This document shows positions 8,362 to 18,232 of a stretch of DNA of 64,000 bases, piece after piece. The notes beneath the pieces are model-generated. The model was not told where the DNA came from, did no database searches, and was given only the letters and a program-made list of their open reading frames with translations. How positions within the stretch are numbered: the stretch's first letter is position 1; every line of letters starts with the position of its first letter. The position numbers were made by a program, and so were the translations under genes. Source of the DNA: an uncultured Methanosarcinales archaeon (GTDB taxonomy: Archaea; Nanobdellota; Nanobdellia; Woesearchaeales; DSVV01); assembly GCA_964556185.1 (NCBI GenBank), contig CAZKVI010000002.1, forward strand, positions 9,930 to 73,929, given 5' to 3'.

Positions 8362-9699
8362 ATGTTTGAAGAATTCAAAAATAAAAAATGGTATAGACAA
8401 GGTGGTTTAGTTGTTCCATTTTTTGAAAATGCAGCAATGAGTACTATGACTGAAATTGTTGGAAAAGATGGTTATGTTGGAATTTATAGAGCAGAGAAAA
8501 ATCATGGTTATTTTAATAAAGAGAAATTAAAAGAAGGTGCTTATTTTAATATTAAAGAACAATTAAAAAATATTAGATATGTTGATGAATTATATCTAAA
8601 ATGGAAGAAACATGCTTTACAAGCTTTGAAATTAGTTGAGTCTAATGCATCTTTGAAAGAGTTAATTCCTGTTTTAGAAGATTTCTGGAGAACTGCTTGG
8701 GTAATTGAGTTTTATGATGCATATGGCGAACAGATTACAAAAGAGTATTTTAATTTAAGTTCTGATGAGATTTCTGTATTGTTTTCTAGTACTTTTATTC
8801 CAAAAATGCAAGAAGAACATTTGGAATTATTAAAATTAGCTTTAGAAGATGGAAATATTGAAAACCATTACAAAGAGTTTTATTTTATCAAAGCAAGTTG
8901 GGCAGATGCTTCTGAATATTCAATTGATGAGATAAAAGAGAAAGTTAATGGGTTGAAGAAGAAATCTGTGGAAGATATTAAAAAAGAGATTCATAAGATT
9001 GAAGAGCATTATGGTAAAATTAATAAAGAAAAATTAAAGATTGGTGAAAAGTTGAATGAGGATCAGAAAAAGATTGCTTATTTTTTTGAGAAATTAACAG
9101 AATGGAGAGATGAACGTAAAGTTTTTGTGCAAAAATGTAATTGTTATTTGCAAAAGTTTTTGCTTAAATTAGAAAAAGAACACAATATTCCTTTAAAGTA
9201 TTTGAAATTTATTAATTATTATAATTTTGCAGAAGATTCTTCTAGTGAATTAGATTTAGAATTATTGAAAAAAAGACATGAGTTTTGTGTTGATATAATG
9301 CAAGATAAATGGACATATTTACATGGTGATGAAGCTAAGGAATTAGCTAGTATTATTGAGAAAGAGTTTTCTTCTGATGCAAAAGAAGTAAAAGGAATGT
9401 GTGCTTGTCGAGGACATGTTAAAGGAAAAGTCTGTGTTGTTATGAATACAGAGGAATTTTCAGATTTTAAAGAAGGGAATGTATTAGTAACAGCTTGTAC
9501 AAGACCAGAATTTGCTCCTTTAATGAAAAAAGCAGTGGCAATTGTTACAGATGAAGGCGGAATTACCTCACATGCAGCAATTGTTTCAAGAGAATTAAAT
9601 ATTCCATGTGTAATTGGTACACAAAAAGCAACTTCTATATTTAAGAATGGAATGACTGTTGAAGTAGACGCTGATAATGGAATAGTTAAGATAGTTTAA
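8362..9699 (+). CDS. PEP-utilising-enzyme swivel (phosphohistidine) domain protein, PpsA/rifampin-phosphotransferase-like, no ATP-grasp
   Basis: C-terminus 'GMCACRGHVKGKVCVV...IVTDEGGITSHAAIVSRELNIPCVIGT' is the PEP-utilisers mobile-domain signature with the catalytic His. The N-terminal ~330 aa align with the corresponding parts of ORFs 18233 and 20812. Confidence 0.6.
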   Translation: MFEEFKNKKWYRQGGLVVPFFENAAMSTMTEIVGKDGYVGIYRAEKNHGYFNKEKLKEGAYFNIKEQLKNIRYVDELYLKWKKHALQALKLVESNASLKELIPVLEDFWRTAWVIEFYDAYGEQITKEYFNLSSDEISVLFSSTFIPKMQEEHLELLKLALEDGNIENHYKEFYFIKASWADASEYSIDEIKEKVNGLKKKSVEDIKKEIHKIEEHYGKINKEKLKIGEKLNEDQKKIAYFFEKLTEWRDERKVFVQKCNCYLQKFLLKLEKEHNIPLKYLKFINYYNFAEDSSSELDLELLKKRHEFCVDIMQDKWTYLHGDEAKELASIIEKEFSSDAKEVKGMCACRGHVKGKVCVVMNTEEFSDFKEGNVLVTACTRPEFAPLMKKAVAIVTDEGGITSHAAIVSRELNIPCVIGTQKATSIFKNGMTVEVDADNGIVKIV

Positions 9700-11116
9700 T
9701 CTTATCCAAATAAACTTTAATTACTTCTGTTGCTCTAACATCATCTTCATTATAGTCAATAACTAATTGTAATTTATGTTTGTCTCCTGTTTCTAAGAAA
9801 TCATTGTACAATGCAACGCTTTCCATTGCATTGACTTCTTTGTGTTTCCAATTGTAGCCAAGATAATGTGCTATTTCTTTCAAACCTTGTCCATAAGCAG
9901 GGAATGCTACGTATTCTCTAATTATTTTATGTAAATCAACTAATTTATCTAAGATTTCTTCACCAATTCCATATAATTTAATCATGTGTTTTATTCTTGT
10001 TTTTTCATAGTCTCCAAAGTGATAAAGTAAATACTGATCATATTGTTTAAGAAATTCTAAGAATTCTGCAAACATTTTGCCTTCGTCTTCTCGCTTATGG
10101 GCTACAAAAGAATAATATTTGCCATCAACTAATGCGCCAAATAAATAATCTATCTTAATAAGGCCTTCATCATCTGTTCCTTCTAAATCTAAGTAAATAA
10201 TTGTCTTTGCATCTGGCATTGTAACTTTTCCAAATACAATTGGTTTATTTTTTACTAAAGCTTCTGCACTTCGTTGCATTGCTTGGGCTGTTTTGTTTCC
10301 AACACCATCTAATCCTATTAATTTATCAATATCTGTATTAGCAAGATCTTTTAAAGTGTAAAGTCCTATTTTATTTAGTGAAATCTTTCTTTTTAATCCA
10401 ACATTAAGAGCTAAGGATATGTCAGATTGGGAAACTGCCATCTTATTGCAATAAGTTTTCCAAGGGTATGCACATGCATTGTAAGTTGGAGAGGCTTTTC
10501 TCTTGTCGAGAATCTTATTAACACCTTCAATTGCATCTTTAACTTTGTCTTTAAAGTCTGCAAATTTGAAACCAAATGATTTCATTTCTCTATTTATTAT
10601 ATAGAATTTCTCAGGAGTATAACCTTGTATTTTTCCAAGTAAATAATTGTAAAAAGCAGCTTGCATTGCATGTTTCTCTCTAACATTCTTTGCATGTTTT
10701 ATTTCTTTTACAATATAATAATAGTTCCCAAAGTCACTCTTGCCTTTTCTTTTTTCTAAGATATCAAATTCTCCATGTAAGCCTTCTTGTAATAACATTA
10801 ATGGGAAATTGTGTAATGACTCAACACCTTTTTGCATTTCTTCTAATAATTCCATAAAACCTTGTTTTCTGTCTTCTAAATCACAATGTTCTGCTTTTGG
10901 ATATAATTCTTTTACAACATTATCTTCATGCTCATTTCCTTTTTTAAATAATAATTCAAAGTATTCACTTCTAGGATCTTTTAATTTGTCGTCAGCAAAA
11001 TGCCTACAAAAGACAGCAAACGGTGATTCTACAAACAATCTAACATCTGTTCCAGATATTTTTGCTTTTCCATTTGTAAATTTATCATAGATTTCTTTAA
11101 TATCCACTTTATTCAC
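9686..11116 (-). CDS. RecB-family PD-(D/E)xK nuclease fused to HhH and an RNase-H-like 3'-5' exonuclease domain (TM0106-like)
   Basis: N-terminal 'GEFDIL...YYIVKEIKHAK' gives the D...ExK core. 'LIGLDGVGNKTAQAM' is an HhH motif. The C-terminal 'IIYLDLEGTDDEGL...YHFGDYEKTRI...VIDYNEDDV' gives DEDD-type acidic residues. Confidence 0.5.
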   Translation of the reverse strand: MNKVDIKEIYDKFTNGKAKISGTDVRLFVESPFAVFCRHFADDKLKDPRSEYFELLFKKGNEHEDNVVKELYPKAEHCDLEDRKQGFMELLEEMQKGVESLHNFPLMLLQEGLHGEFDILEKRKGKSDFGNYYYIVKEIKHAKNVREKHAMQAAFYNYLLGKIQGYTPEKFYIINREMKSFGFKFADFKDKVKDAIEGVNKILDKRKASPTYNACAYPWKTYCNKMAVSQSDISLALNVGLKRKISLNKIGLYTLKDLANTDIDKLIGLDGVGNKTAQAMQRSAEALVKNKPIVFGKVTMPDAKTIIYLDLEGTDDEGLIKIDYLFGALVDGKYYSFVAHKREDEGKMFAEFLEFLKQYDQYLLYHFGDYEKTRIKHMIKLYGIGEEILDKLVDLHKIIREYVAFPAYGQGLKEIAHYLGYNWKHKEVNAMESVALYNDFLETGDKHKLQLVIDYNEDDVRATEVIKVYLDKIKLS

Positions 11117-11790
11117 TTAGTTAATTTGTTAACAACTGGAAGAAGTTCTTCAATTTTATCAATTGTAAAGTCTGCACCTGAGTTAACTTTTTTACCATAA
11201 CCATATTGAGCAAAACAGGTATGCATACCAAGTGATTTTGCTCCACCAATATCTCTTCTTGGTCTATCACCAACCATTAAACACTCTTCTGGTTTGACTT
11301 TGAATCTCTTCATTGCAACTAAGAAAGGTTTTTTGTCTGGTTTTAATTTTCCTGTGTCTTCTTTTGCAATAACTTCATCGAAAAAGTCATCAAGTTGCAT
11401 ATTACTTAACCTAATCCATGCTTTTAATTTCGGTGCATCTGTTAAAATACCTAATTTTAGATTCTTTTCTTTTAATTTGATTAATGTTTGTTTAGTTTTT
11501 GGATAAGGTCTTAGGAAGCCAGCTCTAACTTTTCTATAAGCAGTAATTCCATAAGCCAAAATTCTATAATCTATTTCTCCGCATTCTTGTTTTAGAAACT
11601 TTTGGAAGATTAAATCATCTTCTAAGCCCTCTTTGTAATATAGTTTGAATAATCTTGATAAAGCTGTTTTCTTCTTCATATTAAGTCCACCATCTATCAT
11701 AGCATCAATAGCTTCTTCGCAGCAGATAGTCTTAAACTTCATAAAATCAATCAATGTGTTGTCAAGATCGAATAATATTACTTTTATCAT
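11113..11790 (-). CDS. HAD-superfamily hydrolase
   Basis: Motif I 'ILFDLDNTLID' at the N-terminus and 'VGDRPRRDIGGA' as motif IV. Confidence 0.7.
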   Translation of the reverse strand: MIKVILFDLDNTLIDFMKFKTICCEEAIDAMIDGGLNMKKKTALSRLFKLYYKEGLEDDLIFQKFLKQECGEIDYRILAYGITAYRKVRAGFLRPYPKTKQTLIKLKEKNLKLGILTDAPKLKAWIRLSNMQLDDFFDEVIAKEDTGKLKPDKKPFLVAMKRFKVKPEECLMVGDRPRRDIGGAKSLGMHTCFAQYGYGKKVNSGADFTIDKIEELLPVVNKLTK

Positions 11791-11821
11791 AGACTATATT
11801 AAAATAAGGTTCTATAAAAAG

Positions 11822-12298
11822 TTATTGGGTGGAAGAATTTAATTCTGAAAGCTGTGTTCTGTAATTCTCATTTAGTTTTCCTAAATATGAGAGAGTTCCT
11901 GGTACTCCTGCCCTGCTCGGAACCCCCATTACACGTCCAGTTGGTTCAAATAAAGTTTCAATAGATCTTGCACCAAGACCTCCAACTAAAGCTCCGAAAC
12001 CTACACCTTGAGGACTTTTTTCAAGTACATATCCAAAAATAGCTCCGATCAATGTTCCAGCTGCTGTTGCATAATTCTTTGCTTTTTTAGCTAAAGGACC
12101 ATATTCATCCCAATACTCATTTAGTGCATTTCCTGAATTGTGCTCTACAATGAATGCACTCATCTCTTCAACATACCCATCAACTATAATAGTTTCAGCA
12201 GGATCTAATGTATAATTATTAAGAATATCTGAAATATCATCTCTTTTATCTACTAACATTCTTCTACAAATATCACTAATTATTTTTGAGTTCCCCAT
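11822..12298 (-). CDS. hypothetical protein
   Basis: 158-aa ORF with a TATA-like 'tttatatatt' about 25 nt upstream. Gly-rich C-terminal half. Confidence 0.35.
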   Translation of the reverse strand: MGNSKIISDICRRMLVDKRDDISDILNNYTLDPAETIIVDGYVEEMSAFIVEHNSGNALNEYWDEYGPLAKKAKNYATAAGTLIGAIFGYVLEKSPQGVGFGALVGGLGARSIETLFEPTGRVMGVPSRAGVPGTLSYLGKLNENYRTQLSELNSSTQ

Positions 12299-12624
12299 GT
12301 GCTATTGCTAAATATATCTAATATATAAATCTTTCTATTATAACGACTTATTAGTGATAAATCACTTCCGAAACATTTAAATATGCCCTATCCACATATA
12401 TATATAAACTAGTATACGTTATCGTATACTAAACAACTAGGCTATTTTAAGTTGTAAAGAGCCACCATTCAAACAAGATTTCGATTTATTGAGTAGGGCC
12501 CAAAGAAGTACCGCGGTAATGCGGAATTTTGTGCAGAGTGGTTTGGTGGTGGTTTCTTTTTTTATCTGTCAAGATAAAAAAATGCCTGAAAATCTTGATT
12601 TTTATTGTCTTTTTTTCTATAAGA

Positions 12625-13284
12625 TTAATGATATACTACATTTTCTGGTATAGAATCATCTAAATTAGAACCTCGAGAAAGAGCTAAATTCGGTTGTTCA
12701 TCATTGTCTCGATCTCCTCTAAAGTCCTTTATTCTAAGATCTATTTCTCTAGCTGCTCTATTTAGGAATTGTCTCATATCATTTACTTTTGATTGTAATG
12801 GAGCTCCTAAATAGTTTATTGTTACAGTATGTCTATGGTCTGAAATATCTACATCAACTTCAATGTCTCCTTGAAAATGATCTTCTAAGGTGTAGTTTGT
12901 TAAAGCTTCAATAGCAATATCAAATGGAGCCATACTATCTGGTAAATATGATTCTATTCTTCTATAATAATTAAGTTTTCCAACAACAACACCTCTTCCT
13001 TCTGGTCGTGTTTGAATTTCCATTGATTCTAAATATGGTCCATCACCAAGATCACATTCTCCTGTTTCAAAAACCCATGTTTTTCTTCTAGTAGCATATT
13101 CATTTCGCCATAATACAGGATGTTGTTTAAACCATGATATATACTTTAAATTACCCAAATACTCTCCTTCTCTACACTCTAAATAATTATCAACAGTATC
13201 TCTAAGAGTTGCTTTTAAGAGCATTCCAGCTCTTTTTAGAAAGCCAGGTCTTTTAGATTCTTGAATAGTTTTATCAATAGTCAT
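12625..13284 (-). CDS. hypothetical protein (R-rich, compositionally atypical)
   Basis: 219-aa ORF downstream of aIF2-gamma. Higher GC and Arg-rich; no motif recognised. Confidence 0.35.
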   Translation of the reverse strand: MTIDKTIQESKRPGFLKRAGMLLKATLRDTVDNYLECREGEYLGNLKYISWFKQHPVLWRNEYATRRKTWVFETGECDLGDGPYLESMEIQTRPEGRGVVVGKLNYYRRIESYLPDSMAPFDIAIEALTNYTLEDHFQGDIEVDVDISDHRHTVTINYLGAPLQSKVNDMRQFLNRAAREIDLRIKDFRGDRDNDEQPNLALSRGSNLDDSIPENVVYH

Positions 13285-13346
13285 ATATAATTTAGATGTA
13301 AAATCTAGTATATAAAGCTTTTGGTATTAGTTACTGGTTGGGGGTA

Positions 13347-14561
13347 TCATTCCTTTAACAAACCATAACCAATTAATCTAAATCTATTTACAACTCTTCT
13401 AGAAATAGTTACTCTAGCTCCAACTTCGCAACAAACTGGTAATTTTAATTTACATTTAATTAAATCCTTACTTAATTCTGTAACAACTCCAACAGTTGCA
13501 GCAGAATTAACATTTAACATTAAGGGTTCCATCTTTTTAATTGGTTCTACAGTAAGTTCTTCTGCACTACCCACAACTCTTTCAAGTAAATGTGTTTCTA
13601 AGGTTAATTCATATCTTGTTTCTGGTAATTTATCAGGTAAACCTACAACTCCACCTGTTAATGCATCTGATTTAACTATTGCAGGATCTAATTCTGTTAA
13701 TAATGCAATGCTTCCACCTGGTCCAACTTCTTTTACAGCTTTTCCACCAGTCATTAAAGAAGTTATTTTTGCTTTTATTGGTTTGAAAACCTTAACATTC
13801 TTTTCTTCTACACCATATCCTGGTTTTATTTCAATATCATCTCCAACTTTTAATTTTCCTTGAATAAGACTACCGCCAAGAACACCACCTTTAATATTAT
13901 TAATTTCTGATCCAGGTTTGTTAATATCAAAGCTTCTTGCAATATACATCATTGGATCTAATTTAGGATCTCTTTTTGGAGTTGGTATATGTGTTTCAAT
14001 TGCTTCAATAACTTTTCCAACATTAATGTTTTGTCTTGCAGATAAAGGAATAATAGGAGCATCTTCATAAGGAGTTCCTTTTAGAAATTCTTTTATTTGT
14101 TCGTGGTTTTTTAATGCTCTTTCTTTATCAACTAAATCAACTTTATTTTGTAGAACAATAACTTTCTCAACACCTAAGATTTGTAAAGCTTGTAAATGTT
14201 CTCTTGTTTGAGGTTGTGGACAGGCTTCATTTGCTGCCACTAATAGTAGTGCACCGTCGATAATTGTAGTTCCTGCTAACATTGTAGCCATTAAACTTTC
14301 GTGTCCAGGTGCGTCAACAAAAGAAACTTTTCTTAGAAGTTTTGCAGTTTTTGTTTTTTTAGCTGTGAAAGTTTTTTTATCTTTGTAGAAAGTAGCGTCA
14401 GCATAACCAAGTCTTATTGTAATTCCTCTTTTGATTTCTTCAGAGTGTGTATCAGTCCATTTCCCAGATAATTGTTCAGTTAGTGTAGTCTTACCATGGT
14501 CTACATGTCCAACTAAACCAATGTTAATTTCTGGTTGGATTATTTCTTTTGCTTTTGCCAC
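13347..14561 (-). CDS. translation initiation factor 2 gamma subunit (aIF2-gamma)
   Basis: 'NIGLVGHVDHGKTTL' P-loop, 'VDAPGHE', 'NKVDL' and the zinc-ribbon Cys pair. It sits directly downstream of rps6e, the conserved archaeal gene order. Confidence 0.9.
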   Translation of the reverse strand: MAKAKEIIQPEINIGLVGHVDHGKTTLTEQLSGKWTDTHSEEIKRGITIRLGYADATFYKDKKTFTAKKTKTAKLLRKVSFVDAPGHESLMATMLAGTTIIDGALLLVAANEACPQPQTREHLQALQILGVEKVIVLQNKVDLVDKERALKNHEQIKEFLKGTPYEDAPIIPLSARQNINVGKVIEAIETHIPTPKRDPKLDPMMYIARSFDINKPGSEINNIKGGVLGGSLIQGKLKVGDDIEIKPGYGVEEKNVKVFKPIKAKITSLMTGGKAVKEVGPGGSIALLTELDPAIVKSDALTGGVVGLPDKLPETRYELTLETHLLERVVGSAEELTVEPIKKMEPLMLNVNSAATVGVVTELSKDLIKCKLKLPVCCEVGARVTISRRVVNRFRLIGYGLLKE

Positions 14562-14569
14562 TGTTTATT

Positions 14570-15328
14570 TCACTCTTCCTTCACAGAAGCCTTGTCGGCT
14601 TCTTGCTTTCCTTCGGAAAGTTTAGGTTCTTCTTTCTTTTCTTCTACAGGTTTCTCCTCAACTTTCTCTTCAGTTTTTGGTTCTTCCTTTACTTTTTTAG
14701 GAGTTTCTTCTTTTGGCTCCTCTTTCTTTTCTTCCTTAGGAGCTTCAACTGCTTTTTCTTCTTTAGGTTCAGGCTTAGCTTCTTCTTTCACTTCTTCAGT
14801 TGGTTTCTCTTCCTTTGGTGCTTCTTCTTTTACTTCAGCCTTAGGTTTTTCTTTTACTTTAGCTTCTTCCTTTGGTGCTTCAGGTTTTGCATCTCCTTCA
14901 CCTTCGGAAACTTCTGCAACATCTAATGAAGCTTTTCCAGCTTTTAAGACTTTCAAGTTAATTTGATGAATCTTTTCATGAATAGTATTTCCGCATACGA
15001 TTCTTCTTTGTCTAGAATCATTAAACTTTTGGAAAACTTTGTTTTTCCTTCTTTTCTTTTTTAATGCTTTAATTCCAGTGCTAGCGGTACTTAAAATTCT
15101 TTTTCTACCTTGGCCTGGAACATCTTTTCTCATTGGGAAACCACAATAATCAGAACCGCCAGTTATTTCAAATTCATAACCAGTTAGATCAATAGATTCG
15201 CCTCTTATCTTTTCGCCAATCTTTTTACCTAGAAATGATGTAGCTAAATCGTCTTTAACTTCTCTTTGAAAACATTTTTTGGATTTTGGATCTCCAATAA
15301 CAAGTTTAAATTCTGCCATTTTTAACAC
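14570..15328 (-). CDS. rps6e: ribosomal protein S6e with a ~110-aa Lys/Glu/Pro-rich C-terminal extension
   Basis: N-terminal 'AEFKLVIGDPKSKK...GYEFEITGGSDYCGFPMRKDV...RKRIL' matches S6e. The C-terminal KPEAPKEEAKVKEKPKAEVKEE... repeats continue in-frame to the stop. Confidence 0.8.
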   Translation of the reverse strand: MLKMAEFKLVIGDPKSKKCFQREVKDDLATSFLGKKIGEKIRGESIDLTGYEFEITGGSDYCGFPMRKDVPGQGRKRILSTASTGIKALKKKRRKNKVFQKFNDSRQRRIVCGNTIHEKIHQINLKVLKAGKASLDVAEVSEGEGDAKPEAPKEEAKVKEKPKAEVKEEAPKEEKPTEEVKEEAKPEPKEEKAVEAPKEEKKEEPKEETPKKVKEEPKTEEKVEEKPVEEKKEEPKLSEGKQEADKASVKEE

Positions 15329-15426
15329 CCCGAACCTGCAATCATTTTGTATGATTTCCCTAATTTATAGGCGGCTCAGCTTTGATAATAGGCAAAAACT
15401 GCTGATTCTTTATAAATGTTTAGGTA

Positions 15427-16467
15427 CTATCCAATACTATCTAGTATACTATGGGCGTCTATTGCAGTCATGTATTTCTTTAACTTCTTAAAATCATTGC
15501 CGAATCTAGCTAAGAATTTAGTTAAAACATAGTCTTTTTCTTTGTTTGTTATTCTTGCGAATGTGTCTGCTTGTATTAATCCATATGGATAACCAAAGAA
15601 AACAGGATCATGTGATTGTTGTTTTAATAATGCAATAACTTCATTTATTAATTCATTTTGTTCTTTGTATATTTCAAATCTAAAAACATGCTGTGCTTTT
15701 TCATGCAATTTTAGAAAAGCAATGTCTGCTTGGTGAGAACTTGTCTTAGAATGGACTAATGGAGAATAATACCATGTATCTTCACCAATATCTTGCAATA
15801 ATGCAGCAACACTATTGCCGTTGTTTGTCATCATGTGTGTTGTTTTAGTTAAGCCACTAATTATTGTGTTGTTTTCTATTGCTTTTTGATATAAATCATT
15901 GAAATACTCTTGTTCACCTGTTATTGATGCTTGCAGAGAATTATCAAGAACAATAACATCTGTTTTATCTGTTATTAATGTAGCGAATTCTAATTCTAAG
16001 AATTTTCTAATAATATTATTGATTTCATCAATCCTTGCTCTGTGATTTCCTTTTTTGATTGTTTGGTCCATAGAATTGAGTGTGAATTCTTCTTTTTGGA
16101 AGATTTTGTCTTTGTCTTGGAATATTTTTGCTTTGAAAAGAATATCATCATTAGACTTTTCACTATTTACTAAACAATAAACATCTTTTCTCTCAATTGT
16201 TAATCTTTTTTTGTTTTTATAAGTCACAGCAGCCACTCTAATTAATTGTAAAGAGAAATTAGGTGCTTCTAATAATGAAGAATTGCCACCATCTATGAAA
16301 GTTATTTTCTTTTCTGATATTAATTCTGGTAATTGATGGAAGTTTTCCTTTTCAATCTTTACTAATTCATAATCTTGTTTTGGAAAAGCTACATATTCGT
16401 TATCAGAGAATTTAGGTAATTTTTCATTAAGATGTTGCTTTATTTCTTCAAAGAGTTCTTTGTCCAT
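15427..16467 (-). CDS. possible NurA-like 5'-3' nuclease (RNase-H-like fold)
   Basis: 'ITFIDGGNSS' near residue 58 and a later 'VIVLDNSL' resemble NurA catalytic Asp motifs. No HerA partner in the window. Weak call. Confidence 0.3.
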   Translation of the reverse strand: MDKELFEEIKQHLNEKLPKFSDNEYVAFPKQDYELVKIEKENFHQLPELISEKKITFIDGGNSSLLEAPNFSLQLIRVAAVTYKNKKRLTIERKDVYCLVNSEKSNDDILFKAKIFQDKDKIFQKEEFTLNSMDQTIKKGNHRARIDEINNIIRKFLELEFATLITDKTDVIVLDNSLQASITGEQEYFNDLYQKAIENNTIISGLTKTTHMMTNNGNSVAALLQDIGEDTWYYSPLVHSKTSSHQADIAFLKLHEKAQHVFRFEIYKEQNELINEVIALLKQQSHDPVFFGYPYGLIQADTFARITNKEKDYVLTKFLARFGNDFKKLKKYMTAIDAHSILDSIG

Positions 16468-16546
16468 GTATGTGGAGTATTGTAAGTATTAATATTGTTT
16501 GTGATTTGTAGTAATATTTTTAAATTAACTAATATATTCTAGTAAT

Positions 16547-17392
16547 ATGAACAAGGAATTTACTATTATCCTAAAAAAAGCCCTAGAAGAAGATATTGGA
16601 AAAGGAGATATTACTTCAGAAGCTATTGTTCCTCCTAGGAAAACAGCTACTGCTGTAATCAAAGCGAAGCAAAATGGAATTCTATGTGGTATTTATTTTT
16701 CTCAAGAGGTTTTTAAGGCTGTTGATAAGAAAATAAAATTTAATACAGAAAAGAAAGATGGAGATATTATTAGAAAAGATGATATTATTGCACAAGTTCA
16801 AGGAAATGCAAGATCAATATTAAAAGCAGAAAGAGTTGCATTGAATTTTCTGCAACACTTGAGTGGGATTTCTACGCAAGCTTTCAAACTAAATAAATTA
16901 GCTTCTGTTCATAAAGCTAAAGTTCTTGATACAAGAAAAACAACACCTGGTTGGAGAACTTTAGAAAAGTATGCAGTGAAAACTGGTCAAGGCGAAAACC
17001 ATAGGTTTGGTTTGTATGATATGATTTTAATTAAAGATAATCATATTACTGTTGCTGGAAGTATTAAGAAAGCAATTTCATTGGCTAAGAAGAAACGTAA
17101 AAAAGGAATTAAAATTGAAGTTGAGATAAAAACACTTGATCAAGTTAAAGAAGCTATAAAAGAAAAACCAGATATTATTATGTTAGATAATCTAAGCTTA
17201 GATGAAATGGAAATCGCAGTTGATTGGATTAGAAAACATGATAAAAAGATTAAGATAGAAGCTTCTGGTAATGTAACTTTAGAAAGTGTTTCAGAAATCG
17301 CACAAACAGGAGTTGATTATATTTCAGTTGGTTCTGCACTAACACTTAGTGCAAATGCATTAGATATTAGTTTGGATGTTGAGATTGAATAA
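16547..17392 (+). CDS. nadC: nicotinate-nucleotide pyrophosphorylase (quinolinate phosphoribosyltransferase)
   Basis: 'VLDTRKTTPGWRTLEKYAV', 'GENHRFGLYDMILIKDNHI' and 'ASGNV' are NadC/ModD-family signatures. Confidence 0.85.
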   Translation: MNKEFTIILKKALEEDIGKGDITSEAIVPPRKTATAVIKAKQNGILCGIYFSQEVFKAVDKKIKFNTEKKDGDIIRKDDIIAQVQGNARSILKAERVALNFLQHLSGISTQAFKLNKLASVHKAKVLDTRKTTPGWRTLEKYAVKTGQGENHRFGLYDMILIKDNHITVAGSIKKAISLAKKKRKKGIKIEVEIKTLDQVKEAIKEKPDIIMLDNLSLDEMEIAVDWIRKHDKKIKIEASGNVTLESVSEIAQTGVDYISVGSALTLSANALDISLDVEIE

Positions 17393-17428
17393 GAATATTA
17401 ATATACTAATTCTACTTACCTTCGAAAT

Positions 17429-18127
17429 GTGACAGATTATATAACTCCTGAAAGACATGTATTTACTGTTGTAGGTAAAGGAGGAAGATTAAGTGACTTA
17501 GAGAGAACTCTTGAGTTAGCTGTAGGGGAAGTTATTCCAAAATCTTGGTCTACTACAAGTCTAACATCTGTCTGTTCAAAAGTTGGTGATGAAGTTGTAT
17601 TTGATTTTTATTCTACACTAAAATCTGTTCCATCAGAAGGCGAAGGTCTTAAATCAAAAGTTAATTTAAGTGAAATTGGTGCTTTAGCAGTTTTGTTGTT
17701 AAAGTGTGGTTATGAAGTTATGACTCCTGATTATCAAGAACCAAGTGTAAGTGATGATTCTAAAATAACAGACAGACCTTTGTCAAGAACACATCTTGAT
17801 CTGTTTTATGCTGGAACACTTGTTGGAGAAAATGGTAATTTGGATACTTTGAGAGGATTACTTGAGTTTTCTGGAGAAGGTGAAAATCGAGTAGTAGATA
17901 TTATAATGTCACCTTTTCCTAAAAAATATCTAAGATTAATATCTAAAAGACAAGTTGGATTCGATCTTTATGTAAAAAAAATAAACCCAAGGTTTCCAAC
18001 AGAATCAAAAATTTTCAGGCAAGAATTAGGGGGTTTAGCAACAAAAATGTTAATTTCTGGTTATAAATTATCAAGTAGAATGGAAATGGAGCCAGAACTA
18101 TGGCATTTACCTTATCATGATTTCTAA
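17429..18127 (+). CDS. hypothetical protein, first gene of the PEP-utiliser-like operon
   Basis: 232 aa, K-poor composition like the two downstream genes. No motif recognised. Confidence 0.4.
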   Translation: MTDYITPERHVFTVVGKGGRLSDLERTLELAVGEVIPKSWSTTSLTSVCSKVGDEVVFDFYSTLKSVPSEGEGLKSKVNLSEIGALAVLLLKCGYEVMTPDYQEPSVSDDSKITDRPLSRTHLDLFYAGTLVGENGNLDTLRGLLEFSGEGENRVVDIIMSPFPKKYLRLISKRQVGFDLYVKKINPRFPTESKIFRQELGGLATKMLISGYKLSSRMEMEPELWHLPYHDF

Positions 18128-18232
18128 ATCTTTCACATAAACTAAGTAAAAATACCCTCAATTAGTAACAACGAAGGAGAACATATAAAAATAAGCTTAC
18201 TTTACCTTATTATTTAGGGGGCTAATTTTGGG

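Noticed and set aside
10740-11090. 116-aa plus-strand ORF inside the RecB-like nuclease gene
   Set aside because: Antisense to a well-supported 476-aa gene. Low-complexity S/N-rich product.
12299-12624. Possible tRNA or ncRNA in the 326-nt gap (contains 'ccgcggtaatgcgg' hairpin and 'ggtttggtggtggtttc')
   Set aside because: No acceptor/T-arm architecture could be assembled on either strand. The features are adequately explained as a T-tract terminator for 12625-13284 and a TATA promoter for 11822-12298.
14535-14966. Two plus-strand ORFs (143 and 125 aa; S/F-rich and F/L-rich) and a DNA-level short tandem periodicity
   Set aside because: They are antisense to the in-frame Lys/Glu/Pro-rich tail of rps6e. 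Low-complexity coding sequence generates open frames on the opposite strand. It is not a CRISPR array: no constant repeat with unique spacers.
9686-16467. Calling a defence system from the RecB-like nuclease and NurA-like ORF
   Set aside because: The two genes are not adjacent and not co-oriented. They are separated by housekeeping genes (HAD, aIF2-gamma, S6e). There is no HerA, Cas, RM or helicase partner. They are better treated as individual repair nucleases.
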